From the NCBI RefSeq assembly GCF_052425735.1, contig NC_135767.1, positions 6,758,001-6,822,000 of the forward strand: a stretch of DNA of 64,000 nucleotides, in the 5' to 3' direction. Shown piece by piece: positions 50,195 through 62,366 of the stretch. The notes under the pieces are model-generated. The model searched no databases. It was not told the DNA's origin and saw only the letters and a list, made by a program, of their open reading frames with translations. The translations under genes and the position numbers were made by a program. Within the stretch, counting starts at the first letter, position 1; each line of letters starts with the position of its first letter. Source of the stretch: Oculina patagonica. Lineage: Eukaryota.

Positions 50195-50200
50195 CTTAGG
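49350..50200. repeat. Segmental duplicate of the locus A upstream region (~800-2755, with deletions)
   Basis: Near-identical blocks, e.g. GGAATTTCGCCGGATGACTA...GTAGGATGACATAACCTTGAATT at ~830 and ~49379. Confidence 0.9.
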
Positions 50201-51165
50201 TGAGAGCAAGAGATATCAACCGCGCAGACAGACACGTCTCTTACACACCGCCAAGACAGAATGGAACAAAGTTACGTTGTTGAAAATTTACTGAGGAGAA
50301 ACAGTCTTTCCAAGAATTTTCCCGATTGAATAGTCCATCCAATCGTGTGGTAGGGTGATATATCATCTAACAATTGATATGACGCTGAACCTAAGAACCT
50401 CATTTCTAAGAAATTCAAAATATTTTTGCTAATAGGGTGGGCGTGGATGGGGTGGTACCGATGTCATTAGAAGCACTTTGGAAGTTTAGACCTGTAACAG
50501 TTTTCAGACAATATTTCTGAGTTACTTAACAACGACTATAAATTTCCTTTTTCACTTTTATTCAGAAAACCAAGAGATTTGATAAGAGCTATATTCGACA
50601 CCTTTATTGGAACTATCAGAATTATGATTGCGATTTAAGGCAAATGAGAAAAAACTAGGTTAACTGACCACTTTATTGACATTAAAGGAACAAAGCAACC
50701 ACCAAGCCCACATTATAGGCCTCCTAATTAACAGCAGGTTAAATTATATTGGATTCAGGGAACACAGAAGTCCTTTAAGCTATTCAGAGATTTTAAGGGA
50801 AAGTGAAATTTCTAAGGAGCTTTGGAGAATGTGTATTTTCTTTCGGGTTTCTATCTGCAATATGTTCCTGATAACTCCAAAAGGAAAACGATCTCATTCC
50901 TTTTTTTTAGTTTAACTGAGTCGAATCTAAGAAACCAAATGCATATTATTTGATAGCAAAAGTGAAAGAAAATAAAGGTAAACAAAGTGACAATTTTTCT
51001 AGTGTAATCTAAACGCTATCTGAAACTCCCTGTTCTCTAAAAGCAATATAAGGTAGACCCGGGCAAAGTGAATAGCGAAAATCATATTTTTTTAAACAAT
51101 AGTTTGTCAGATGTTAGCAAGAATGATGAGATCGAGACTCTTAAAATTTAGGGTCTTTTTTCATA

Positions 51166-51649
51166 TAGTAGAACCCCTATTAAGCGGCCACCCTCGGGGA
51201 AATGGCAACTGGCCGCTTAATAGAGGTTGGCCGCTTAATAGGGGTTCGTTAGAAATTAGCATAAGGGTTTTTTAGAAAAGTCACGTTATTTCAATACAAA
51301 ATAGCGTGAAAAGAAATCATGAAATCACATAAGACGACAATAATCCTGTGTTTGAATGTTTTTTTCAGCCAACACTTTCTTTTTTAGACTCTTGCCTGTC
51401 CGACCTTGTTGAAAAGAAAGCCAAAACATTTATATTACATTCTTGCTGGCCGCTGTAATAGGGGTTAAAACAATAGAAGAACGCTCATCGGGACGGGAAA
51501 AAGGTGGCCGCGGCCGCTTAATAGGGGTGGCCGTTTAAAAGGGGTTTTATTTACAGTATTATATCGACAACAGTTTCGGGACTTTGATAACTGGCCGCTT
51601 AATAGGAGGTGGCCGCTTAATGGGTGGCCGCTTAATAGGGGTTCGACTG
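51166..51649. mobile_element. Tc1/mariner-type MITE
   Basis: (T/C)AGT.GAACCCCTATTAAGCGGCCACC TIR, TA flanks, GGCCGCTTAAT internal repeats. Confidence 0.85.
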
Positions 51650-52994
51650 TATCTACTATATCTTATGTGGAATTCATTAGATCGGAGGCGATGGAGGTTT
51701 CAAGGTAAAGAGTTAAGGTCTTTGCTACTGATTTTTCAAATTGAGCAGGTTAAAAAGGAGCCAGGAAAATGAAAATATTTTTAATAATTGGAATTCGCGA
51801 GATGGAAAACGATAAACCGTTGTGAAGTCTCTTAAAATTTCAAGACAAGGAGCAATTCTTTATGTTTCAATCAATTTCTTCAGGAAACCGAAGGGAAGGT
51901 GGAATCTCTAAGGAGATTCTAAGAAAGTGCCTTTTCTTCAACTTGCTTTTCACGTACATATATCAGTAAAAGATTAAATAAACTCGGACATTGCTTATCA
52001 GCCGATAGCAACAAGTTAATTCCATCACGTCTTTGCTTGGTCAACCTATTCGAAATCACAAACGAACACATGCAAGTTGAATGAAAATAAAGACAAACTC
52101 AACCGTTTCAAATATTTCAATTTCCCAAGAAAATGAGTAAAATTAACAAGAGAGTTTCTGATTCCCCCCAGCTTGAAACAGATTGCCTACTGATTAACAC
52201 GGAGTCTAGATACATTGTGGCTCCCAGAAACCTAGAAAATAAGAGGGTTTAATCTTAAAAACGTGACATAACCCGGGTCTATTAAAAGAATTTTGGTTTA
52301 TGTTGAAATTACGGAAATTTCTATTTGTTAAAATTAAAGAAACAAAGCGCAGACCAGCAAGCACATGTTAACCATCAAATGGAAGCAAGTTAAACTTTGT
52401 TCATCTTCGAAAGACCTGTTTTGAATCTTTTAGAATGATAATGAAAAATAACGGACAAAATTTAAGTTAGACATATAAAAATAATCTGTAATAACTATTT
52501 CTCCTTATTTTGCAACGAAATAACCTATCTAACGTGAGATCCAAATTTGACAAAGGAGTTTCCGTGATTCTCCATTTCTCTGTTATTTCTCTATGTCGGA
52601 TTGACGGAAAGTTCACATAGTTAAAATTAAAGAAAACAAAGCACGGACCACAAAGCTCATGCTATAGGCGTGTAAATGTCAAATAAAAGCAGGTTAAACT
52701 TTGTTATTAATAGACAAGAGATTTTAAGCTATTAGATTTCATGGTAAGGTGGAATTTCTAAGGAGCCTCTATGAAAGCGTATTTTTCTTTCAATTTTTTC
52801 TTCTTCAATATTCAACTTGCTTTATTTGTCCAAATTTTCAGTAAAGGAATATCAGTTCTGTCGCTTCCTTTTTACCGAATGGTGATGAGGTTATGTTATG
52901 GGCCGCATTTTCTCACTCGAACACTCACTCACTCACTCACTCACTCACTGGATTCTGATATCAAACCGCAATTAATTCATCATTAAACGAGAAA

Positions 52995-55070
52995 CGTGCT
53001 GACAGAAAGGTCCTTTAAAAGCATTCAGCACATGTCAATCAGAAACAAATTATTCTTCAACCTCGTTCCAGGGTCTCTCTCTTTCAGGGAACTAAATTGA
53101 ATTTCACAAAACAAATCGAAAGAGGATCACTTACACTTATCCTCTGGTGATAAAAGAGAATAGAATTCGCTCAACGAAGCCTCAGAGCATAGGCTATCAA
53201 TGACCCATTCACGTAAGAAAACATTCAAAGACGCGTTTTAGTGAACACAACATTCATGCACGTTTTTGTTTCGCGTCACATCATCTTCGTGTCACGTCAT
53301 CCGTTCTTGATCTTTTTGAGTCGTGCAGAAACGCGCATCTCTCTCTCAAATTTTATTCGCTGCTAAAAATAACGCTATACGTGCTGGCAGAAAAGTAAAC
53401 ATATTCACAAAACAAATTTACTTAATGCTAAAAAGGATCAAAGGTTACACTTAAATATTTTTGTGATAAAATACGGAATTCGCGCTATGAACTACATATA
53501 GTTACGCTTAAACTGTTATAAAAAATTATTACGCTCGCCTTGTGACGTGTTTTAGTCAACACAACATCCACGGCACGTTTTTGTTTCGCGTCACGTCACC
53601 TCGTGTCACGTCATCCGTTTTTTCGACTTTTTGCTTGTTTACAAGCGAAAGTAGGAGAATAACAGTTATGTTAGGGAAAATTTCACATTCTTGTAAACTC
53701 TCAAGGGATTTTTTTAATTTCTCAAGGGACTGTTTTAATTTCTCAAGGGATTACTTTCAGCTGTGGGTGATCACTTGCGATCTCGTGGAAAAAACGTGAC
53801 TTGTCACATTTACAAACGTTATATAACAATTTTAAAAGTGACATGTCAGCTTTCTTATCTCAACGCACGTGTGTCTGAAAGGCGATCTATAAAAAGCGTC
53901 GCACAAACAATGGATAGCGTAACTAACGCTAAAACACGAATAAATAATCACTAGCACTTACATCGTTTAAAAAATTACAAACGTCAAAAATAAACCATAC
54001 CAAAAAAACTCGCTCTTTTCAAAGATATTTTTGAAGTTAAAACAAATGCAAGAGATGGGGGCTTCTTTTAGCTTAGGAGCGGTTAAAAATTAGGCCAAAT
54101 TTGGTCGCTACAAGCGCCATTCTATTTCGTCATCAGCCTAGGTCGTTAGGGGCGTGACCTCTCGTTGACAGCAATGTTGCATGAATCGGCTTTACAACAT
54201 GCGATCGTATCGACGCAGTTCGAGTGGAATTTCAGTCAAAGACAGCAAAATTCTTTCGTATTTCATCTTCAAATATAATTCGAAAGCATTCACTGTATAT
54301 ATGGCTTTTGTTTAATCCTTCTTAAGCCCACGAAGAAGCTGTCTTGATGATATCCGACCCTCGCAGAGCCTAGACAAAACGCAGCTTGAGTGTTTCGATT
54401 TGTTTACGCCGCAATTATATGCGCAATGTTTTCTCCGACAGTAGTCGGAAATATCCGTATTTTGTTTTCGTGCTTTTTCGTCGCAAAAACAAAGCGTCGA
54501 ACGCATATTTTGTTGTTTCATTTGCTAATTTCGCTGCCGTAATCGACTGCCTCGAAAGATCCTTGCAATTTTAAAGTATAGAATTGTCATATCTCGGTGA
54601 AATTTGCACTGTTTATTTGTGTAATGTTGAGGAATATGTGTATAAATACCCGGCGCGGACGAGCCATTTTTGACAAAATTATATGGCTGCATTTCCTCCG
54701 CGAAGATAGGAAATTGTTGAACTAAACTACAAAGCAACTGTAATGATAAGTTCGAAGAACAATGCACAGGATAAACCTTCGACTCATACTTCATGCAAAA
54801 AAGTCGGTATCTCGAAGAGACTTTGATTCATCTTTTTGAGTCGAGCAGATACACGAAGTGTTCGGGCGTATCTTTTCTCTCCAATTTTTTCCGCTGCTCA
54901 AAAATAACGCTATACGTGCTGACAGAAAAGTAAACATATTCACAAAACAAATTTACTTAATGCTTAAAAGGATCAAAGGTAATACACTAACCGGTAAATA
55001 TTTTGGTTGTGAAAACTGAATAGCGCTACGACCCCTGCGAGCACGAGCCATCAATGACGCAACTCACGTG
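52995..55070. repeat. Dispersed/tandem ~300-bp module (three or more copies) split by an insertion
   Basis: ACGTGCTG(A/G)CAGAAA...TTCACAAAACAAAT...GGATCA at ~52994, 53379, 54914. Confidence 0.7.
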
Positions 55071-55363
55071 GAAAAATAAAGCAAAGTGAGATTGCTTTAC
55101 TTTATTGGACACTTATTTAGAAAAAATGCGGAGGTCGGCACTTCATTCATCGAATTACCATGAGGTTGCTCGAAGAGCCTTTGATTGAGGAAAAGTGTTT
55201 GAAATTTAACTAAAAATGACAACAAACTTAATTAACACAAATAATGCTATAGTAACGTAGAAATCTCGAAACGAAATTTCATGTGACCGTGTTGCGCATA
55301 TAACTAGTGTAAATGATAATTTAAGTTGTAAATGTGAAATGCGCCAGATGGAAGAAAATTGTC

Positions 55364-55401
55364 TCCATACGTTTCGGGGTTACTGCCCCTTCTTCAGTGG
55401 A
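55364..55401 (-). ncRNA. Candidate minimal type I hammerhead ribozyme (Penelope-associated type)
   Basis: Minus strand reads UCCA CUGAAGA A GGGG CAGUAA CCCC GAAA CGUA UGGA: stem I, core, stem II, GAAA, GUA cleavage triplet. Confidence 0.7.
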
Positions 55402-57402
55402 AATTTGATGCCAGTTAACAAATAATGCTAGCCGAACGACTATTCAAACAAAATGAACCCTTTAATAAAAACGTAAATTTTACATTTATGATTTTTCGCC
55501 GTGTTAAATAGATAAGCCAATTACTTTAATTTTCACTTCATTTCTGGCCTTAGACTTGCACCAAGTCGCCCTCTTAAGGCGAGCGTAGCCAGCCGAAAAG
55601 CGTCGCGAAGCGACGCCCGCGAGTGACAAACGTGACATACCTAAATTAAACCACGCGTCGAAGGACTTTAAAAAAGTCCTATTCTGGCCTTTACCCCGTT
55701 GAGGAATAGGGTAAGATACGCTAAGCCAATCACACGAGATCTATCTTTTGATAAAATATCGTGATACTTTAGCAATTCATTCTTCAGACATCCAAATATC
55801 TGTACGTACGTCTATATAAGGGAAGAGTTATTTTTGGCAATTTAAAACATTCAACGTAAGTAGCTTATAAAAACCGAGTTAACCTGCATCTCTATCTTTA
55901 TGAACCTCTTTCCAAACCAACAAAAACAACTCAGATTTTATCAGACTTAAAACGCAAAGGCAATAAGCTTAATAAACGGCCGTTACGACCAAGCACATGT
56001 TCCAAGGTTATTTTTCTAGCACACAATTGAATCGAACACAATTGTTATTATAACTTTGTCCAAAACTCCACTTCAATGGTACATCTTTCCTTAAGTGAGC
56101 TTAGCAGAATGCCTTTAAATTGTAGACATTTTGAAGTAATAATCCACAGAAATCATCATCTCCTTGAAGTGGTTCGATTACACGACGGACTCGAGCTTCG
56201 AGCTATAGACATGTCTGACACGGAATTTAAATTAGCTGCGTTGAAAGGTCACGCTTCTGCTCACTTCTTCCGCCAAACGAAACGCCCTTTAAAGGAACAG
56301 TACAGCGTATAAATTTTTAGTTCCCCAAGTCAAAAAAGTCATCGAAACGTTTCTTGAAATTTGCCGAAACTATCGAAGCGGCGTTGTCGTATCTATTCCA
56401 ATTAAGCATCTAACCTCAGCAGTCATGTCCACTTCTTCGTCGTTGCCCACTTCTTAGTCCAGAACTACTCGACAGGCAATTGAGATTTCGATTGTAGAGT
56501 TCCTTCTGTACAAGCTTAAAGCTATCAACTAGTGTCTTTTTACAGGAGATAAAAATAAATAGAAAATAAACTTTGTCAGAAGCTCTGTGAGATCCCAACT
56601 TTACCTTGAAATTCGATAGTTTAAAATATTTCCCTTATCCATTGTTTTCAGTCGAACAAAGTTTAACCTGCTCCGACGATTTAGTTTTAAGATGTTAAAA
56701 ATTGCAATTTCCGCTTTATTTCAAAGAGCTGCGTATTTCGCGTTATGATTATGACTTCGAATTCTTGCTGATTTTCAAGAAAAAATGTAACTAGCTTCTT
56801 TGTGTACCACACAGAGCCTATTTTGAATGTCTTACTGATGTCTGTAGAACGATAGATGCATATATCTGTAAGTGTCAAATCATAGGATCGTCGTCTTAAA
56901 CATCAACGATCCCTTTCTTTTTACGTAAGTTCGCTCTTGTAAAACCGATTGATTAAAGAAAAGACACAGAAAATACACTTTCGCATGAGCTCCTCGGGGC
57001 TAGCTTGAAATCTAATATCTTTTTGTCTGTTTATTGAGGTTCAATATAGAGTTACCTGCTTCCATTTTTTTCACTTGGTAAGATATCTTTATTGTAGGCT
57101 CTAGATTTTCCTGACCCTTTTGCCTTGAAGCAAACATTTATTATTTTTGATTTGAATCAATTCCGTACTAGGAAAAAAGACGAGCAAATTTATTTTTGAT
57201 TTGTTTTCTGCTTTGCATTTGCCAGGAGTTTGTTGTTCTGTTTAATTCATATGTGCCCGCACGATGAAATGCGTCCCTGCCAAAAAACGGAAACCGGCAA
57301 ACTTATTTCCAAGGCTGTTCTACTTCCCTCTGTTCGCATATATATTTCCTCTGCAGTGACTGTTGACTTACAGGGGTAGAAGTAGAGGTTGAAGCTGCCG
57401 CA

Positions 57403-58634
57403 CAGGGGCGGATCCAGGAATTTCTGAAAGGGGTGGTTGTAGACTATTGTAGCAACTTTTAACGCCAATGGTGTGGAAGGCGAGTTACGGCCCCGTGCCC
57501 TGGCACGAGCTCTTAAGGGGGGTCCGAAACCATGCCCCTCCCCCCAAACAATAATGTTTCCGATTTTTCCCTCTAAAACGCCTTTTGCAGCATTCCCGAG
57601 ACTTCAAAAGAGTTGTGAAGGCATGGTATAAAATCTGGAATTTATCTATGCATGATTGAAAGGGACAGCAGTATCATCAATAGTTATTTGTCGTTTCTCT
57701 ACATACCTCATTAATCAAACAACGTAGCCTGAAATAGTCTTCTAGGATGGGCTTTTACAAAGGCCTTGCATATCTCGTTTACCTCGAATCTCTCAGGGTA
57801 ATGCATAGCAATAACAGCGAGATCTGAAAAGCGCTCTTCAGACATCGTTGATCTGGTGCAGGTTTTGATCCGTTTCATGACACTACTGATTGGTAGGGTG
57901 CATGCAATGAGCAGAAGACGATGGATGTTTGGAAAAGCATCCTCGTCACACGCGCTAAGTGCTAATAGAAGATTGCTTGGAAGTTACTTCTCTGCTGACT
58001 GCCACATCGTTTGCCATCTTCGCAGCTCATTCCCATGGGATTTGGGAAATGGAAGATCATTCTCCCAGAACAGCATGCCTTCTGTTGCTTCAGATAGCTC
58101 CAGGGTGTTTTTAACTATGATTGAGGGTACTAGATAAATCAAGTGAAGGGCGTGGCGATCCTCGTCAGAAAATCGGTCTTGCATTTCATTTATCAGGGAA
58201 TCAAGTAGGGGAAGAGCCACAGATTTTTTGTAATGATCAATTGGACTAGAACTGGGAATGTTTGAGCGATTCCTCTGTCCTCTGTATGCTTGTCTTTCTG
58301 GGAATAGCTTCAACGATTTCCAGTTTCTCAGCAAGGTCTAATATTTCTTTGCACGAAACTTGAAAGTCGATATCAATGTTGTTTCTAGCAGACTTGATGT
58401 TTCCAATTACTTCGTCAACCATCATGTAAGCTTCAAAAATATCTTGATCCCGTTTCTGCAGCTTTGATGCAAGAGCTTTGACTTCATCAAGAATATTCTT
58501 GGTTGTAATGAAAATTTTTTTAAAAAAACAATTTTTATTCTACTATTTTTAGGAAGAATCAAACAAAATAACAAAAAAATGCTGCTCAAAGGGGGGTTGC
58601 AACCCCCTCAACCCCTCCCCTGGATCCGCCTCTG
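57403..58634 (-). mobile_element. Internally deleted hAT transposon with transposase C-terminal remnant
   Basis: TIR CAGGGGCGGATCCAGG / CCTGGATCCGCCTCTG. Frameshifted ORF includes DAFPNIHRLLLIACTLPISS..MKRIKTCTRSTMSEERFSDLAVIAMH (hAT dimerisation domain lacking the ERSFS segment). Confidence 0.9.
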
Positions 58635-58989
58635 CCGCAGCTGCGCCATATTTCTAAACATGCAAGCTTGCTGCGCAAAATGTTCAAAGAAGGGATTGGG
58701 CAAGAACCGGATTGAGCAGCCAATCAAGAAAAAGGAACTTTCTCACTTGACTAGCCTGTGTAGCAGCCGTAAAAAGGGGGATGGGGTAGAAGGAGGGTTG
58801 AAAGAATTCGAGGAGTCTACTCAAGCTATCACTTTACCAGATTTCGCCTTCGGCTTTGTCCACAAGAGATCTGGGAACGAGATTAGGTTGAAACTTTGGA
58901 TCCGTAGTAAGAACGTTAGATGCGTCGATGAAACTTTGGACCCGTAGTTAAGACTTTGGATTTGCAGTACAAACTTTGGAATCGAAGTA

Positions 58990-59790
58990 CAGTACAACCC
59001 CGATATAACGATCCTCGATATAACGATATCCCCAGTATAACGATGAATATGCTATGTCCCGGCAAAAGTTACAGTAAAATGTATCGGACAGAACCCCGAT
59101 ATAACGATCTTCGATATAACGATATTCCCGATATAACGATGAGAATTTTGCGGACCGAACGTAAAATCTCCCCCGATATAACGATATTACAGTATCAGTA
59201 CACAGTCACAACTACAATAACATTACAGCAATCGGGTACAGTAAGCTGTAACCCCGGGGCTGTAACGTTTCTGTCAACAGCTTTCAGTTGTCGTTAAATA
59301 GCTCTCTCAATTTTAGTATGTTTGACTCCTTCTTGTGACCAAATGTACCTGTAACTTTTATGGAAATCTGCGCACCATGTTATTATAATAAGTAAAGATG
59401 ATAACAGTCGTAACTTGAAATGTTTAAGTTTAGTTTTGTTTTCCTTTTACGATTCAAACCACAAAACTTTGTCGTGTAACCTTGAAAACTTCTAATGCTT
59501 TGCAAATTGTTTAAGGACATTGCTGTGTCATTGCTACGTGCTTAAAACGCTAAATTTGTGAATTATTTGATACTCATTCACTGAAATTAATTAAAGTGCC
59601 TATGAAGCAAAATTTTTTTCTACATTATCAAAAAGTTTACTTTTTTAAATATACAATTCCAAAGTTTAAGAATCATACAATACAAATTGTTCGTTTTACA
59701 AGTGCCGAAAGTAAAAAAAGTACATTTTAATTTTACCCCGATTTAACGATATTTTCGGTTATTTTACGGCCATATCGTTACATCGGGAGT
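58990..59790. mobile_element. Tc1/mariner-type MITE (CGATATAACGAT repeats), right end eroded
   Basis: TA|CAGTACAACCCCGATATAACG start; ATCGTTACATCGGG near 59775. Confidence 0.7.
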
Positions 59791-60332
59791 CTCTCGTTAA
59801 AGCTTTCCAACAAAATAATTTGTAAAGGGATATATACACAAAGGGTATAACATTGAAAGGAGGGAGGGGGCAACCTAACTTGATCAGCTGTAAGCACTGA
59901 CAAGTAACACAATCAAAGTTTTGGTACTGATATAAGTGAAATACTGCCTGTTAAGGTGAGCATTGAATTAACACCTTTCTTTTTATTGTAATCATTAAAT
60001 TGGTCAAAGGCTGCTTCCTACTGGTAGCCAAAAGATTATTTTTTGACAATTTCAGATGACAGATTTCACAACTTTTTTTTACTTCGGATATTATTATTAG
60101 TTATGTATCTGATTATGACAATCAATGGCTATGCAAGGTAGCTTAACGTTTTGCTAAGTGTTGCCGATTCCATTTTTTCAGCAAATTTACTTATCGTTAA
60201 CGTTTTTCATTTTCATTCGTTAATTTATTCAGTCGCATTTATTTTATTTTATTATTGATGTATATATGTTTTTTCGTAAGATACTTGGTATATATGGTGG
60301 TGATTTATCCTTTTATTTGTTCTTTAGCCTCC

Positions 60333-61955
60333 TTACTGAGCCTGTGGAAGGTTTACGTCATTATTGACATTCGAGCAAGCTGGATTTCCTGGAAACAGAC
60401 GGACGTCGGGTTCGCCAATATGACGGTGGTTAACGTCGGCTCCAAGAAAATCCTGCAGCTGCGCTACAGTTACTTGTTGAGTACGCGAGTCTACATCCTG
60501 GACATTGTTTCCAATCACTGCAAAACTCCTTGCATCGCCATCTGGGCGTACGCAACAACCAGCAGTCCACAGTGAATTAGGAATAGCTATTTTGACGAAT
60601 GGATCTGTTGGATGATGAAGCCTGTTGACGGGTACGTTAACGTTTGGCTGTGGAGGGTTGTTCTCTTGCTGTTGAATTCTGGCCAAAGAAGTGCCGGTTA
60701 AAAGAAACAAAGTTCCAGCTGGCTGTCCTTGGTGTAGTCGTTTGCATGTTTCTCTAGCATATCGACGTATTCTACTTTCAAACTTGTACCACATGCCAGT
60801 GTTAAAAGCTGGCCGCTGCGGGACGCCGTTTGTGTATGTGTACGTGGAATCCCAGCGCTCCTGAGAACTCGAAAGAGTCTCTGCTGGGACTAAGTGACCT
60901 CTATGATATCGTTGATTCCGGTATATCGCTTTGCTTCCTTGATTGATGATACCTGTCAAAAATTTTAAACCTTCTGCTCATCACTTTCAAAATTATTAAT
61001 GCTTTATTTCATGAAAGAGAGCTAAAAGCAAATGGTTGCATTTAATTTTGATAAAAAACAAATTGATGTCTGGAAAAAAGTTTATATAAGAGGCATAATT
61101 TTAAAACATATGCACAAGCAAATTGTTTTAGGTTACCACAAGTCTAATGTTCATTGTCTTTTTTGTTAAGGTCATATCGAACGTACTACCCCACGGCAGT
61201 CTTGTAACTTTTTGTTATGTAATATGTTTTTTTTTTTATGTGTTAAAGATCCAGTAATACAGGCAACGTTTTCTTTTAACTTGTCTTGCGACATTGTTGC
61301 ATTGCAAATTGATTGCGCGTATTACCTCCAGTGTTAGCAGACATCAGTTCAACTTTGTACAGCATGTTGCCGCAACTTGCAATACGGGTGGAAATACCAC
61401 AACAATACTAAACAACTTGCAATGCAACAATGCTGGGAGAAAAGTTGAAAGAAAATGTTATCCGTATTACAGTGCCTTTAGACGGAGTTTTACTCCCAGT
61501 AATGACCGACGAAAAACTCTAAAAACATCAACTCTCATGCAGGTTGAAACCTTTTACAATATGGGGATCTTATATTTGTGAAAAAGTGAATAAGTTACCT
61601 GGGGTTGGATACCACTCTTGGCGATATTGTTGTTGAAAAACTGATGTTAACTGTGTCAACACGTAGGCTGAAAACACCGCAATACCATAACCTTCATCGA
61701 ACATCGTTGCGTAGTAGTGTTCCAGAGGACGCTGATTATTCACTGCTGGTGGTTGACAGATGTATCTTACATTCCGTAAATTACGGTTGCCAGTGCGCAG
61801 ACCTACTGGTGGTTGTCCGCCTACAAAGTATTGTGTGTAGCATTCCTGGTAAGGATCATTTAAAGCATACACTGAACATCTACGGATCCCTGTGCCATCT
61901 TGATCGCAGAGTTCTTTCGTGTTGTTCTTATTGCCGAATGCAAGGCTCTTGTTAC
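60333..61955 (-). CDS. DNA/RNA non-specific endonuclease (ENDOD1-like) gene C, exons 2-3; no signal exon in window
   Basis: Exon 61955-61599 (RYICQ, YYATMFDEGYGIAVFSAY) and exon 60952-60333 (YHRGHL, STYTYTNGVPQ, FNTGMW, AIPNSLWTAGCC). Phase-1 intron at the same position as in gene B; no stops or frameshifts. Confidence 0.88.
61252..61480. mobile_element. MITE-like repeat in gene C intron
   Basis: Inverted GTAATAC / GTATTAC ends and TGTTGCATTGCAA / TTGCAATGCAACA arms. Confidence 0.6.
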
Positions 61956-62050
61956 CTAGTTGACGAATAAAATGTAAAATAATCATTTTTGCTGAGCCGT
62001 TACCATTCCATTTTTATTTATTTAGATCAAACGAATCTTATCACCGTTAA

Positions 62051-62366
62051 AGGAGAAGTTCACTCCAGAATTGCCATTTATTTTATTTACGCCAATAAAA
62101 TGTTTACACAAAGATATGTTATTCTCCAAAATTTCAGCGTCCAACGTTCGCTATAACCCTACGAAATCTTTTCCAAAACTCGACAACTGAACGCCGCCAT
62201 CTTGGAGCTGGTAATGTATGCGTGACGTCAAAGAGCTCAGCCTGAAGTTTGGCGGGAAAATTTTAATAGTCGAAACTCCTTGTTTTTTGTATTTCTTGGA
62301 GCTCTGTTTAAGCAAAATGAAGCTGCACAAACAGGCATTTTGACAAACAAAAGCCACTACGAAGAA
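62051..62366. mobile_element. Truncated fold-back MITE (left arm + loop), Kolobok-like
   Basis: TTAA|AGGAGAAGTTCACTCCAGAA terminus; right arm missing; same family as 12640-12975. Confidence 0.75.

Noticed and set aside
54100-54820. Possible coding fragment within the insertion
   Set aside because: Short ORFs with no motif I can recognise; left unassigned.
61940-61947. Alternative AG acceptor for gene C exon 2
   Set aside because: Would be phase 2, incompatible with the phase-1 exon-1 donors; 61955 was used.
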